Below the pieces are notes generated by a model. That model was not told the DNA's origin. It did not search any database and was given only the letters and a program-made list of their open reading frames with translations. The position numbers and the translations under genes were made by a program. Shown piece by piece: positions 1 through 9,300 of a stretch of 64,000 nt of DNA (positions within the stretch are counted from its first letter, which is position 1; the number at the start of each line of letters is the position of its first letter). The stretch lies in assembly GCA_035290185.1 (NCBI GenBank), contig DATDUW010000022.1, positions 1,579 to 65,578 of the forward strand, in the 5' to 3' direction. The stretch is from Patescibacteria group bacterium (GTDB lineage Bacteria; Patescibacteriota; Patescibacteriia; UBA9934; GWF2-40-263).

Positions 1-16
1 TTGCAACGGATCTCCT

Positions 17-1285
17 ATGCGCTTCATCAGTTGGAAAAAAACGACGAGACATAACGATTGGAAAAGATTGACCTCGGTTGCGTGGGCAGCTCTTTTTGCT
101 GTTTTTTTGATGATTGGAAATTCGTTTCCGATACATCAGGTTCTGGCAGCGGAAGATGCGGATGATGTTCGGTTTCTCCACGAGGAAATCAAGGAAAAAA
201 AGGCGCATGTGGATCAGATCAATCGGAAGATCGAAGCGTACAAACAGGCTATTGAAAGGAAACAGGCCGAAGCAGCCAGCTTACGCGGGGAAGTCGACCT
301 GCTGGAAAATCGAGTGGCTAAAACCGAGCTTGAGATTGTGGCTGCGCAGGAATCCGTCCGTGCGGTTGATGCCGAGATTCGCCTTTTGCAGGCGCAGATC
401 GGGGAGGCCGAGGAAAAACTTAAACAGCAACGTGATCTCATTGCTTCCCTTGTTCGAGAAATTGACCGGTCCGACCGCCAACCCATGCTGGCGCTGGTGT
501 TCGGTGTTGGGACCTTTAGTGATATTTTCGGAGAAATTCAGCGATTGGAACTCCTGGATGCTGATCTGCACGACACACTTACGTCCGCAGAAGCGGAAAA
601 AGAACAGCTGGTCGGATTTCAGACTGAACAGGAAGGAAAGCGAGCATCGATTGAAACATGGAAAAAAACCTTAGAGGCCAAACAGGGTCAACTTGAACAG
701 GAACGGGAATCCAAAGACGTCCTTTTGGATCAGACACAAGCCTCTGAAACCGCCTTTGCAATGCTTTTGCGAGATCTCAAAGAAGAGGAACAGGACGTGA
801 CAAACCAGGCGGCTGCGCTTCAGCAAACACTTGAGGAAAAACTCCGGGAGCGGGATACAGGAGAGAGCGGGAGTTCAATTCTCTCTTGGCCTTTTGAACC
901 CAAAAAAGGCATTTCAGCTACGTTTCACGATCCGACCTATCCATTCAGAAATCTTTTTGAACATCCTGGTATTGATTTACCGACACCCGTGGGAACGCCC
1001 GTGGGATCCGCCGCTCCTGGCTATGTCGCCTGGGTCAAGCAGGGAAAGATGTATGGAAACTACGTCATGGTTGTTCACGCAAACGGCCTGGCCACGCTCT
1101 ACGCCCACCTCTCAAAGATTCTGGTTGAGCCAGAACAGTTTGTGGGACGTGGCGAGGCTGTGGGGTTGAGCGGTGGCAAGCCAGGATCGCCTGGAGCAGG
1201 CCTTTCAACCGGAGCCCACCTCCACTTTGAGGCGCGCAAAAATGGGATTCCGACGGATCCGATGAAGTATTTGGCTTCCGATTAA
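17..1285 (+). CDS. M23/LytM-family metallopeptidase with N-terminal TM segment and long coiled-coil (EnvC-like)
   Basis: C-terminal M23 signature visible in translation (HPGIDL...GYVAWV...GNYVMVVHANGL...YAHL...GAHLHFE). The N-terminus has a hydrophobic segment followed by heptad-rich Glu/Lys/Leu sequence. Confidence 0.85.
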   Translation: MRFISWKKTTRHNDWKRLTSVAWAALFAVFLMIGNSFPIHQVLAAEDADDVRFLHEEIKEKKAHVDQINRKIEAYKQAIERKQAEAASLRGEVDLLENRVAKTELEIVAAQESVRAVDAEIRLLQAQIGEAEEKLKQQRDLIASLVREIDRSDRQPMLALVFGVGTFSDIFGEIQRLELLDADLHDTLTSAEAEKEQLVGFQTEQEGKRASIETWKKTLEAKQGQLEQERESKDVLLDQTQASETAFAMLLRDLKEEEQDVTNQAAALQQTLEEKLRERDTGESGSSILSWPFEPKKGISATFHDPTYPFRNLFEHPGIDLPTPVGTPVGSAAPGYVAWVKQGKMYGNYVMVVHANGLATLYAHLSKILVEPEQFVGRGEAVGLSGGKPGSPGAGLSTGAHLHFEARKNGIPTDPMKYLASD

Positions 1286-1294
1286 GATTTTTTT

Positions 1295-1489
1295 ATGTTT
1301 TGGATTACTTTTATTGGTTGGATTTTTTTTATTGTTCCGGTTTTGGCTTTTTTTGTCTTTAGCGTTTGGATGATCAGCGAGGCGAAGAAGGATGATGATC
1401 AAATTGGCGCATTTATTGGCCTTCTCTTTCTGCTTTGGGTGATTGGGATCGTGCTTCTTGCGGTTTCCTATCTTTCACGTTATCTTTGA
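1295..1489 (+). CDS. 64-aa two-TM small membrane protein (copy 1 of a duplicated gene; see 19676-19870)
   Basis: Hydrophobic ORF with the central motif WMISEAKKDDDQIG. A near-identical paralogous ORF lies 18.4 kb downstream on the same strand. Confidence 0.6.
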   Translation: MFWITFIGWIFFIVPVLAFFVFSVWMISEAKKDDDQIGAFIGLLFLLWVIGIVLLAVSYLSRYL

Positions 1490-1498
1490 GGGAAACTT

Positions 1499-1939
1499 AT
1501 GGAAAAAAGAGGAAAGGGTTTCACGGTCATCGAAGTTTTAATCGTGATGGCGGTTATGATTATTTTGATGGGGGCAATCATGCCTGTTTCCTCTTCCTTT
1601 CTTAACAAAAACGATTTGGATTTGACCGTCCAAAAAATTGTTCAGTCCGTCAGGCGCGCTCAGTTTTTGGCTCAAGCAACTGACAGTGATTCAACATGGG
1701 GGATTCATGCCCAGTCAGGGAGTGTTATCCTTTTTAAAGGAGCGAATTACTCTGCCCGCGATGCAACGCGGGATGAGATTTATACATTTTCGAACAACGA
1801 GGTATTAGACGGTACTACAGATTTTTTGTTTTCAAAATTAACCGGTTTTCCAACAGCTACCGGCACGCTTTCCATAACTTCATCGGATGCTTCTGTGAGA
1901 AATGTGTCCATCAACGCCTTTGGCATCGTTCAGTATTAG
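1499..1939 (+). CDS. Prepilin-type (type IV pilin-like) protein, probable minor pilin
   Basis: N-terminus KGFTVIEVLIVMAVMIIL matches the prepilin cleavage/methylation motif (G|F-T-x-I/V-E plus hydrophobic helix). Confidence 0.75.
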   Translation: MEKRGKGFTVIEVLIVMAVMIILMGAIMPVSSSFLNKNDLDLTVQKIVQSVRRAQFLAQATDSDSTWGIHAQSGSVILFKGANYSARDATRDEIYTFSNNEVLDGTTDFLFSKLTGFPTATGTLSITSSDASVRNVSINAFGIVQY

Positions 1940-1940
1940 T

Positions 1941-3323
1941 ATGAGATTAAAAAACGACAAGGGTTTTTCTTTGGTCGAAATCCTCCTGGCTGCGGCCCTG
2001 TTGCTTCTTTTTTTTACCGCTGTCACTGCCTCGTTTGTCTATGGCTTGCGAGGTGCAGCTTGGGGTGGCGATCGAATACGAGCGGTTTTTTTGGCCGAAG
2101 AGGGTTTGGCGGCCGTGCAAAATATTAGGGATGCTGATTTTAATAGCTTATCTGACGGGGTATTTGGTTTAGACAGTTCGGGTGTGCAGTGGGCCTTTCG
2201 TGGTTCTTCAGACACCATTGGAAATTTTCTTCGCCAGTTGAGAATCGTTTCGGTTGATGCAACAACCAAGGATGTGACCAGTATCATAACGTGGTCCAAG
2301 TCAGCTGTTTCCACGGGAACGGTTGCTTTAACAACCAGATTGACGAATTGGCTTGCCAATACCGTTAGTGCCTGGGCAACCCCCATTCAGGCGGGGACCT
2401 ATAATGCTAGTGGTTCGCAAGACGGATGGAAAGTTCAAGTTTCTGGGAACTATGCTTATTTGGTTCGCAATGGCGGTTCGCCAGACTTTTTGATTTTTGA
2501 CATAACGATTCCAACAACACCGATATTGGTTGGTTCGGTCAATGTCGGATCAACCCCAACCAACCTTGCTCTTTCTGGAAATTACGCTTTTGTGATTGGT
2601 CGCAATAATTCGTCGGAATTGAAAATTATTAACATCGCCGTTCCATCCGCGCCCACGGTTGTTGGAAATTATAACGCTGTTGGTAATGCCGATGCGCTCG
2701 GAGTTGATGTTTTCGGGGACGTTGTTTATTTGACTCGTGCTTCGAGTTCTGATCCAGAGTTTCTTGTTATTAATGTTGCGAATAAGTCCGCACCAACCAT
2801 CCTTGGTTCGTTGAATTTGGATGAGAGTGGGAATGAGGTTACCCTTTCCGGATCCTATGCTTTTGTGGCTTCGAGCAGCAATACACAAGAACTGCAGATT
2901 GTGGATATAACGAAGTCATCAGCCCCCACTTTGGCTAGCTCATACGATTTTCCTGGGAGTACCGTCAATGCCACGGCCGTGGCGGCTTCTGGAAACATGA
3001 TCTATTTGGGGAAGGGAACAGCGGTTTTTGTCTTTAAACAAGGAACCCCCCCCACGGCGATTTTGCAAGGTTTTTTGGATTTGACCGGAGCCGTGAACGA
3101 CCTGTCCCTTGGCGCAGCTGATACGATTTTTGCTGCGACTTCCAACTCGACCAGGGAATTTCAAGTGGTTGATGTTGCGGTTCCAACCTCACCTGTTCTG
3201 CTTGGTTACGTTGATTTGACAGGCGTAGCAGCAAACGGCATAGCATATGATGAGATACGTGATCAATGTGCCGTGGCTGGTGAAAATAATGCGGCAGAAC
3301 TCCTTCTCGTAACACACCCATAA
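1941..3323 (+). CDS. Large prepilin-like protein with LVIVD-type repeats
   Basis: ORF 1902-3323; likely start at the internal Met (MRLKNDKGFSLVEILLAAALLL) giving a prepilin N-terminus. The body has at least four repeats of the form IxDIxxPxxPxxxGxxxxxG, resembling LVIVD repeats. Confidence 0.65.
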   Translation: MRLKNDKGFSLVEILLAAALLLLFFTAVTASFVYGLRGAAWGGDRIRAVFLAEEGLAAVQNIRDADFNSLSDGVFGLDSSGVQWAFRGSSDTIGNFLRQLRIVSVDATTKDVTSIITWSKSAVSTGTVALTTRLTNWLANTVSAWATPIQAGTYNASGSQDGWKVQVSGNYAYLVRNGGSPDFLIFDITIPTTPILVGSVNVGSTPTNLALSGNYAFVIGRNNSSELKIINIAVPSAPTVVGNYNAVGNADALGVDVFGDVVYLTRASSSDPEFLVINVANKSAPTILGSLNLDESGNEVTLSGSYAFVASSSNTQELQIVDITKSSAPTLASSYDFPGSTVNATAVAASGNMIYLGKGTAVFVFKQGTPPTAILQGFLDLTGAVNDLSLGAADTIFAATSNSTREFQVVDVAVPTSPVLLGYVDLTGVAANGIAYDEIRDQCAVAGENNAAELLLVTHP

Positions 3324-3326
3324 TCT

Positions 3327-3836
3327 GTGGAAAAAGAGAAGCAAAAACAACGCGGATTCACCTTGGTGGAATTAATTTTATACATTGGGCTTTCCGCTTT
3401 TCTTTTATCGTCCGTTGGAGTTGTCATGAATGTTTCCTATCAGACTAAAGCCAGGCAACAGGTCATAACCGAGGTAGAACAACAGGGAACCGCAGCGTTA
3501 CAGAGCATCTCTCAAATTATCAGAAACGCCTCTTCTATTATTTCACCCGCGGCTGGGGTTAGTGCAACATCTGTTAGTGTAAACGTTTCTGACCTTTCAA
3601 AAACACCCACCACTTTTTTTCTGTCTGACAGCGTTCTTCAGGCGGTTGAGAACACCATTATCACCCCGTTGACCACTACTCGCGTGCAAGTATCCGCCGT
3701 CTCTTTTAAAAACTTAAGCGCGGTCGGGTCGCCTGGAACCGTGAAGTTTCAATTTATGGTAGCTTATAACAATCCAGGTGGTTCACCGCGGTTTGTGTAT
3801 TCGAAGATTTTTTATGGTTCGGCCAGTTTGCGATAA
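3327..3836 (+). CDS. Prepilin-type protein, probable minor pilin
   Basis: GTG start; N-terminus RGFTLVELILYIGLSAFLL is a prepilin cleavage motif. Confidence 0.7.
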   Translation: MEKEKQKQRGFTLVELILYIGLSAFLLSSVGVVMNVSYQTKARQQVITEVEQQGTAALQSISQIIRNASSIISPAAGVSATSVSVNVSDLSKTPTTFFLSDSVLQAVENTIITPLTTTRVQVSAVSFKNLSAVGSPGTVKFQFMVAYNNPGGSPRFVYSKIFYGSASLR

Positions 3837-3852
3837 TCACGGTTTTGCGGCC

Positions 3853-4224
3853 ATGCTCGGTGTCTTGGTTGCTGGTTTGATTGCCTCGACGATTGCTTCG
3901 GCTGTGTTGTTTTTCGGCATGGATTTTTCTCGTTCAGCCCTTCTATTTCAGCGATCATTCCAGGCCAAAGCCCTGGCTCGCGCCTGCGCCGATTCCGGGC
4001 TTTTGAAACTTCATGATAACGTTTTGTTTGTTGGGGCCGGCTCACTTACTATTGGCATTGGTACCTGTTCTTATACGGTGGCAAATCTTGGTGGGGGAAA
4101 CCGTCGCATTCAAGCCAGCGGCACGGTAGAGAATGTCGTCCGGAAAATCGAGGTATTGATCAGTGCTGTGAGACCAAAACTCTCCGTCTCTTCTTGGCGA
4201 GATGTGGCGGATTTCACGCCATAA
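3853..4224 (+). CDS. Putative pilus-associated small protein with N-terminal hydrophobic helix (start uncertain)
   Basis: ORF 3778-4224 overlaps the upstream gene. Internal Met at 3853 gives MLGVLVAGLIASTIASAVLFF, preceded by GFAAM, so a non-ATG start upstream is possible. It sits in the minor-pilin operon. Confidence 0.4.
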   Translation: MLGVLVAGLIASTIASAVLFFGMDFSRSALLFQRSFQAKALARACADSGLLKLHDNVLFVGAGSLTIGIGTCSYTVANLGGGNRRIQASGTVENVVRKIEVLISAVRPKLSVSSWRDVADFTP

Positions 4225-4245
4225 TTTGTTGAGGAATTTTTTCTT

Positions 4246-5940
4246 ATGTCCCTAACGAGAGATCAACTTTTTGACGCGCTCGTCGGTCGAGGAGCGATAA
4301 CAGCCCAGCAATTTGAACAGGCATCCCAGACGCACGAAGCGCAGGAAATCGGTATCGGTGAAACCTTGGTCGCGCACGGAGTAATTTCGGAGCAGCAATT
4401 CGGTCAGTTATTGGCTTGGTGGCACCAGATTCCCTATTTTGATTTTCAGAAAGAGAGGGTTGATAATGAAGTCCTCGATTCTCTCCCAGAAATTTTTGCT
4501 CGAGCGCACGATATCATCCCGGTTCAGAAGGAAGGGGATTTGATTATTGTCGTCACTTCTGAACCCTACGACTTACCGCTCCGTTCCTTGTTGGAGAAGT
4601 ACCTACGTAAGAAGGTTTCTTTTGTCTTTTCAACCCGGCGGGATATCCTGAACCATTTCTATCTTTTTCAACGTGATCCAAACAAGGTCATCGGAGATAT
4701 TTTACAACGCCAATCCGTTCGCAAAGGCGGAATCGATACTTCGGCCATCGACATTGTTGATTCCTTGATTACGTTTGCTTTTCAGACCGGCGCATCCGAC
4801 ATTCATTTCGAGCCGGAGGAATTTCATTCGGTCGTTCGTTTCAGAACCGATGGTCTTCTCCACGATGTTGTTGAATTGCCGAAAGAAATGCACGAATCTA
4901 TCCTTCTGCGCCTCAAAGTGATCGCACGGCTTTCAACGGACGATTATCAAAAGGCTCAGGATGGAAAAATTTTTTATAAGACTCCCTGGAGCAATTCTGT
5001 AGATATTCGTCTGTCTATTGTTCCGACAACTCATGCAGAAAAGGCAGTCCTGCGTCTTCTGTCCGACAGCAACCGTAGTTTTTCTCTGAATGATTTGGGT
5101 TTGCAAACCGAAGATTTTCGTAAGATTTCCAATGTTATTCATCAGCCATGGGGCATGCTTTTGATCACCGGACCAACCGGGTCCGGGAAAACAACCACCT
5201 TGTATTCTCTTCTCAAGATTCTTAACCAACGGAACGTAAATATTACTTCCATCGAGGATCCGGTCGAGTATGATATGGAGGGCGTCAGTCAGATCCAGGT
5301 AAACGAAAAGACCAATTTGACGTTTGCAAAGGGACTACGTTCGATTGTCCGCCAAGATCCAGATATTATTATGGTTGGAGAAATTCGGGATCAAGAAACA
5401 GCCGAAATTGCTTTAAATGCCGCCATGACGGGTCATTTGTTGCTTTCGACTTTTCATACAAATGACGCTGCAACAGCCTTTTCTCGCCTTATTGACATGG
5501 GACTTGAAAATTATTTGATTGCTTCAACGGTAAATGCCGTTATTGCTCAACGTTTAGTTAGGCACGTTTGTATGAATTGTATTCAGAGTAAATTTTTAAC
5601 GAAAGCGGAAGAGATGATTATCAATGAAGTTCCTTTTGTGCGGGAAGAACTCTTGCATATAAGCGAAAAAAAGAAATTAGCGGAAATAAGATTTTTTGCT
5701 GGCAGCGGTTGTCATGTCTGTTGTGGGACGGGATACAAAGGAAGAGTTGGAATATTTGAGATTTTGATGGTTACTGATAAAATACGTGAAGCCGTTGTTT
5801 CGAAACAGGATGCGGAAAAAATTAAAGAAATGGCTGTTAAGGAGGGTATGACAACCATGTTGAATGACGGTTTGAAAAAGGCAATCATTGGTTTAACGAC
5901 CGTTGAGGAAGTATTGAAGGCTTCAAGAAATGGGCTTTGA
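4246..5940 (+). CDS. pilB: Type IV pilus assembly ATPase PilB (GspE family)
   Basis: Walker A GPTGSGKTTT, Asp box, Walker B IIMVGEIRD, His box LLSTFHTNDA, and C-terminal tetracysteine (C-x2-C...C-x2-C) typical of GspE/PilB. Confidence 0.92.
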   Translation: MSLTRDQLFDALVGRGAITAQQFEQASQTHEAQEIGIGETLVAHGVISEQQFGQLLAWWHQIPYFDFQKERVDNEVLDSLPEIFARAHDIIPVQKEGDLIIVVTSEPYDLPLRSLLEKYLRKKVSFVFSTRRDILNHFYLFQRDPNKVIGDILQRQSVRKGGIDTSAIDIVDSLITFAFQTGASDIHFEPEEFHSVVRFRTDGLLHDVVELPKEMHESILLRLKVIARLSTDDYQKAQDGKIFYKTPWSNSVDIRLSIVPTTHAEKAVLRLLSDSNRSFSLNDLGLQTEDFRKISNVIHQPWGMLLITGPTGSGKTTTLYSLLKILNQRNVNITSIEDPVEYDMEGVSQIQVNEKTNLTFAKGLRSIVRQDPDIIMVGEIRDQETAEIALNAAMTGHLLLSTFHTNDAATAFSRLIDMGLENYLIASTVNAVIAQRLVRHVCMNCIQSKFLTKAEEMIINEVPFVREELLHISEKKKLAEIRFFAGSGCHVCCGTGYKGRVGIFEILMVTDKIREAVVSKQDAEKIKEMAVKEGMTTMLNDGLKKAIIGLTTVEEVLKASRNGL

Positions 5941-5946
5941 GTCAAT

Positions 5947-7497
5947 GTGTCAGGGGTATTTTACAGGAAAATAATCGGAAAAGGGATCGGACTTTTTTTA
6001 AGCGTTCTGTTTTTTGTTTTCTTTTTTCGCGTTGTTGTTGTTGAAGCCATTGGTCTTTCTCCTCCCAAAATTGATCTTGGTGAGATGCAGAACGGTGAAC
6101 AACACGCGTTATCTATGAACCTCATTCGCGGAATCGGAGAGGTTGGTGATCTACGTATCGCCATAGAGAAAAGAGGGGAAGGGGGTGCTTTTGTGGAAGG
6201 GGAAGACGTTCTGATTCTATCGGAAAATCAAAATTTGGTTCCATATTCTTTTGTCTTTCACCCTGAAAATGTCGAGGCCGGTGATCACGAGTTCAAAATT
6301 GATTTTTTTCCTGAATCGGAAGATCCTGACAGTATTGATGGATCTGCGGGAGTGGTCATTAGGGCAGGTATTACGGGTGTCGTGACCTATCGTATTGCCC
6401 CTGCTCCTTCCGGAGGTGGAGGCGGCGGATCCTCCTATCTAAATCAAGAAAACGAAACCGAAGGCGAAGAAATTGTTGAAAAGACAGAAGAAACGTCGGC
6501 CGTAGCCGTAGTAGAAGAAGTTCCAGGAACCGAGGAATTAGAATCATCACCGGAAATCGGGAAAGATCAAGAAGAAACTGAGACCAAAACAAGCAAAGAA
6601 ACAACGCCGGTGAGCGAATTAAAGACGAAAGAAGAGTCTGGTGTCCAGATGAAAGAAGATTTAACAGGAGATGGAGTTGTGGGTGAACAGGATATAGTGG
6701 TTTTTTTAAAAAATTTCAACACGAAAAATGATCTTGCCGATTTGAACCACGATGGGGTCGTGGACGCACAAGATTTGTCGATTTCGGTTTTTCATTGGAC
6801 GGCTCGAAAAAAAGTTGCCCGCGGTATTTCGCCGGTGGCCGTTGGTCCGCCTCACAGCGAAGATGGAGTTATTTTTCATTTTCAGGTCGATGCGAGAGAT
6901 ACACAAAAGTTTGATGTTATCCTTGCCAGTTCGACGGATGAAAATGAACGCAAAAATGATTATTTGACCTTTTATTTACTGGTTGATACTGGCATAAACG
7001 GCATTAACACAGCTGATCTTGAAATTCAATACGATTCGGAAAGATTAAAATTTGTCCAATCAGATGTTACTGCGTCATTTTTTGATATTTTTCCCTCGTT
7101 GCCACACGAGTCTGAATCTGGACACTTACGTTTTTTAGGAGCTTCGTCTGAAGGTTTTGCAGGGACAAACGGTTTTTTGGCAAGGTTAGATTTTTTGCCT
7201 ATTCTTGGTGGTGAGACAAGGTTAGATTTTTTGAAAGTTTTGGCTTTCAAAAACCAAGGAGACGCTGAAGACGTTGAGGTTCTTGGATTGAGGGGTACTC
7301 TCAACAAAATAACGGAGATCCCCCCTCCGGAAGTTTCCAGAAGCTTCTCCATGTCAGGAGGAAACCTGTTGAGGGAGAAGGAGTCTGAATTTCTCCTGAA
7401 AAAATGCTTTTTTTGGATTTTTATCCTGATTTTGATTCTTGATGTTTTTGCCGTTACCATTTGGCGACGACTCTCTAAAAAATTGAAAAAAATATGA
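5947..7497 (+). CDS. Surface protein with signal/TM N-terminus, acidic linker, dockerin-like Ca-binding repeats and C-terminal TM anchor
   Basis: GTG start. N-terminal hydrophobic stretch then AIGLSPPKIDLGE. Two dockerin-like repeats (DLTGDGVVGEQDIVVF; DLNHDGVVDAQDLSI). C-terminal FFWIFILILILDVFAV hydrophobic tail. Confidence 0.7.
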   Translation: MSGVFYRKIIGKGIGLFLSVLFFVFFFRVVVVEAIGLSPPKIDLGEMQNGEQHALSMNLIRGIGEVGDLRIAIEKRGEGGAFVEGEDVLILSENQNLVPYSFVFHPENVEAGDHEFKIDFFPESEDPDSIDGSAGVVIRAGITGVVTYRIAPAPSGGGGGGSSYLNQENETEGEEIVEKTEETSAVAVVEEVPGTEELESSPEIGKDQEETETKTSKETTPVSELKTKEESGVQMKEDLTGDGVVGEQDIVVFLKNFNTKNDLADLNHDGVVDAQDLSISVFHWTARKKVARGISPVAVGPPHSEDGVIFHFQVDARDTQKFDVILASSTDENERKNDYLTFYLLVDTGINGINTADLEIQYDSERLKFVQSDVTASFFDIFPSLPHESESGHLRFLGASSEGFAGTNGFLARLDFLPILGGETRLDFLKVLAFKNQGDAEDVEVLGLRGTLNKITEIPPPEVSRSFSMSGGNLLREKESEFLLKKCFFWIFILILILDVFAVTIWRRLSKKLKKI

Positions 7498-8423
7498 AAT
7501 TTTTTGTGGGCACAGTCGTTTTAATTTCGATTTTTTCTTTTTTGTATCCTTCAAAAATTTTGGCTAACTCTATTGGTATTTCTCCAGGAACCCTTTCCGT
7601 TCAGGTACTTGAGGGAGAGAATTCAGAACAGAAATTTCTTCTTTCACGCACGGAAACAGCAGAAGAATATCGTTTCACTGTTTCTGTGCGTGAAGGGGCG
7701 GAGTATCTTGATTTGAAGGGTCAGCAAGAATTGGTCATACCCACAGGCCAACGTATTGCTCATTTCCCCTTTCTCATCAAAGCCACTAATCTTGATTTTG
7801 GTGATTACGAGGCCGTGGTTGAATTCACCCTCGAATCCAAAGCAACAGGAGAATCCGTTGCGATCAACCACCGTTTGGCTGGAAAAGTTTTTTTTTCCGT
7901 GGTGGGAGAGTCGTTTTTTTTGGCGCAACCCATTGACGTTTCTTTAACCCCAGAGGTTGGTAATGAGGTGGTCGTTTCTCCTGTTTTTATAACGAGAGCG
8001 GTTGGACGATCAAAAGTGTTAGTTGCGAATTGGTCTTTAAAGAATACAGGTGATAGATCTCTACACAACGTTCTTTTCCTTTTTTCAATAACGCAAAATG
8101 GCCTGTTAATTTATTCGAACCGTGGGTTGGTTTCGGAAACGATCGATGCAGGTCAGTCGGTTTCCGTTGAACGTTTATTTGAATCAAAAAAAGGGTTATC
8201 CCCAGGGATCTATAAAGTTTTGGTGTCTTCCGGTCCCTCAAGCCAATCTGCGGAAATCGTTCTTTCTGGATTTTTTGGTTCCACGGTCGAAAATAGAATT
8301 TTTTTTACGTTGTTTTTTCTCCTTTTTGGGATGGTTTTAATTAAAAAAACCTTCTTTTCTTGGCAAAAAGAAGGAAAGGGTTTTTTCAACGTCGGCACCG
8401 ATTATTTCAAAAACGGTAATTGA
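7494..8423 (+). CDS. Secreted/surface protein with C-terminal TM anchor (paralogous N-terminal motif to 5947 and 9281 genes)
   Basis: Signal-peptide-like N-terminus then SIGISPGTLSV. C-terminal hydrophobic FFTLFFLLFGMVLI. Its start overlaps the upstream stop (ATGA). Confidence 0.6.
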   Translation: MKFFVGTVVLISIFSFLYPSKILANSIGISPGTLSVQVLEGENSEQKFLLSRTETAEEYRFTVSVREGAEYLDLKGQQELVIPTGQRIAHFPFLIKATNLDFGDYEAVVEFTLESKATGESVAINHRLAGKVFFSVVGESFFLAQPIDVSLTPEVGNEVVVSPVFITRAVGRSKVLVANWSLKNTGDRSLHNVLFLFSITQNGLLIYSNRGLVSETIDAGQSVSVERLFESKKGLSPGIYKVLVSSGPSSQSAEIVLSGFFGSTVENRIFFTLFFLLFGMVLIKKTFFSWQKEGKGFFNVGTDYFKNGN

Positions 8424-8920
8424 ATGGCCTGTCCAAAAATTTGAGAGCGGTGTACGGGGCCATAGTTGCGGGAATCAGTACTTTCACGACGATTATCGCC
8501 AAGGACAAAATATTCGGCTCTTTTTAACTTTGGATAAGTTTCCGTTGTCAATAAGCGTGATTTTGTTGCTACACCATCTGCAAGATAGACTTCAGGGAGT
8601 TTCCATGTTTGTTGGTCGACGTCCGTGATGAAAACCCCATTTTGTTTGATGGTGATCTGTTCGCCGGGCAGTCCGATGATTCTTTTAACCATGATTTCAT
8701 TTAAGGATGGTAGGTAAATTTGCACGATTTGCCCGCGTTTTGGTGAAGAAAAAAGCAGGGAAAATTTTTCGACCAAAAAAATATTTTCATCCAAAAAAGT
8801 CGGTTCCATTGAAATACCGTTTATTTTTCCAGGTTCGATAAGCAAAGATCGGATGAGAATGAGACAAATGGTAGCTGTAAAGACAAAGTTAAGGGTTTTC
8901 CAGATGTAATTTTTCAACAT
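8402..8920 (-). CDS. lepB: Signal peptidase I
   Basis: N-terminal TM, catalytic Ser region GISMEPTF, Lys-box VKRIIGLPGE, and GDNRRESTDSR motif. Confidence 0.88.
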   Translation of the reverse strand: MLKNYIWKTLNFVFTATICLILIRSLLIEPGKINGISMEPTFLDENIFLVEKFSLLFSSPKRGQIVQIYLPSLNEIMVKRIIGLPGEQITIKQNGVFITDVDQQTWKLPEVYLADGVATKSRLLTTETYPKLKRAEYFVLGDNRRESTDSRNYGPVHRSQIFGQAIQLPFLK

Positions 8921-8949
8921 AATTTTTCCATGTGGTATAATTATAACAC

Positions 8950-9300
8950 GTGGAGGTTATGGAGAATTTTTCTTTCGGACTTAAAGCCATAGGGAACAAC
9001 ATGGTTTTCATGTTCAAACAAGTAGCTGAATACCAACTATTTTGGGGGTTTGTTTTAGGTTTTTTTGTTGCCACCCTGGTGTATGGATTTTTCATCACCG
9101 ATCATCCCAAACAGGTCCCGACAATTTTATTTCGCGATAAGTCAAAAAGTTTTGAAAAATTTTATCAACGTCAAGAAAATAAGCCCTACGTCAAGTCTTT
9201 TTATGATTTTTCAAAAAAAGCCGATCGCGTAAAAATCGCTTTTTGGTCAGCGGCAACCCTTGCCTTTTTATTAATCCTTTTTGCCCTTCTCAGTTTTTAG
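8950..9300 (+). CDS. Small membrane protein (two predicted TM helices)
   Basis: Hydrophobic segments near both ends; no recognisable domain. Confidence 0.45.
   Translation: MEVMENFSFGLKAIGNNMVFMFKQVAEYQLFWGFVLGFFVATLVYGFFITDHPKQVPTILFRDKSKSFEKFYQRQENKPYVKSFYDFSKKADRVKIAFWSAATLAFLLILFALLSF

Noticed and set aside
114-761. Several 60-190-aa ORFs on both strands inside the M23 peptidase gene (114-674 +, 214-486 -, 281-571 -, 579-761 -)
   Set aside because: Arg/Lys-rich or low-complexity translations overlap a well-supported 422-aa gene; these are typical alternative-frame artefacts.
3034-3321. Minus-strand ORFs inside the LVIVD-repeat pilin-like gene (2039-2386, 2550-2888, 2940-3164, 3034-3321)
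   Set aside because: They are embedded antisense to a repeat-containing + gene with a clear prepilin N-terminus; translations lack features.
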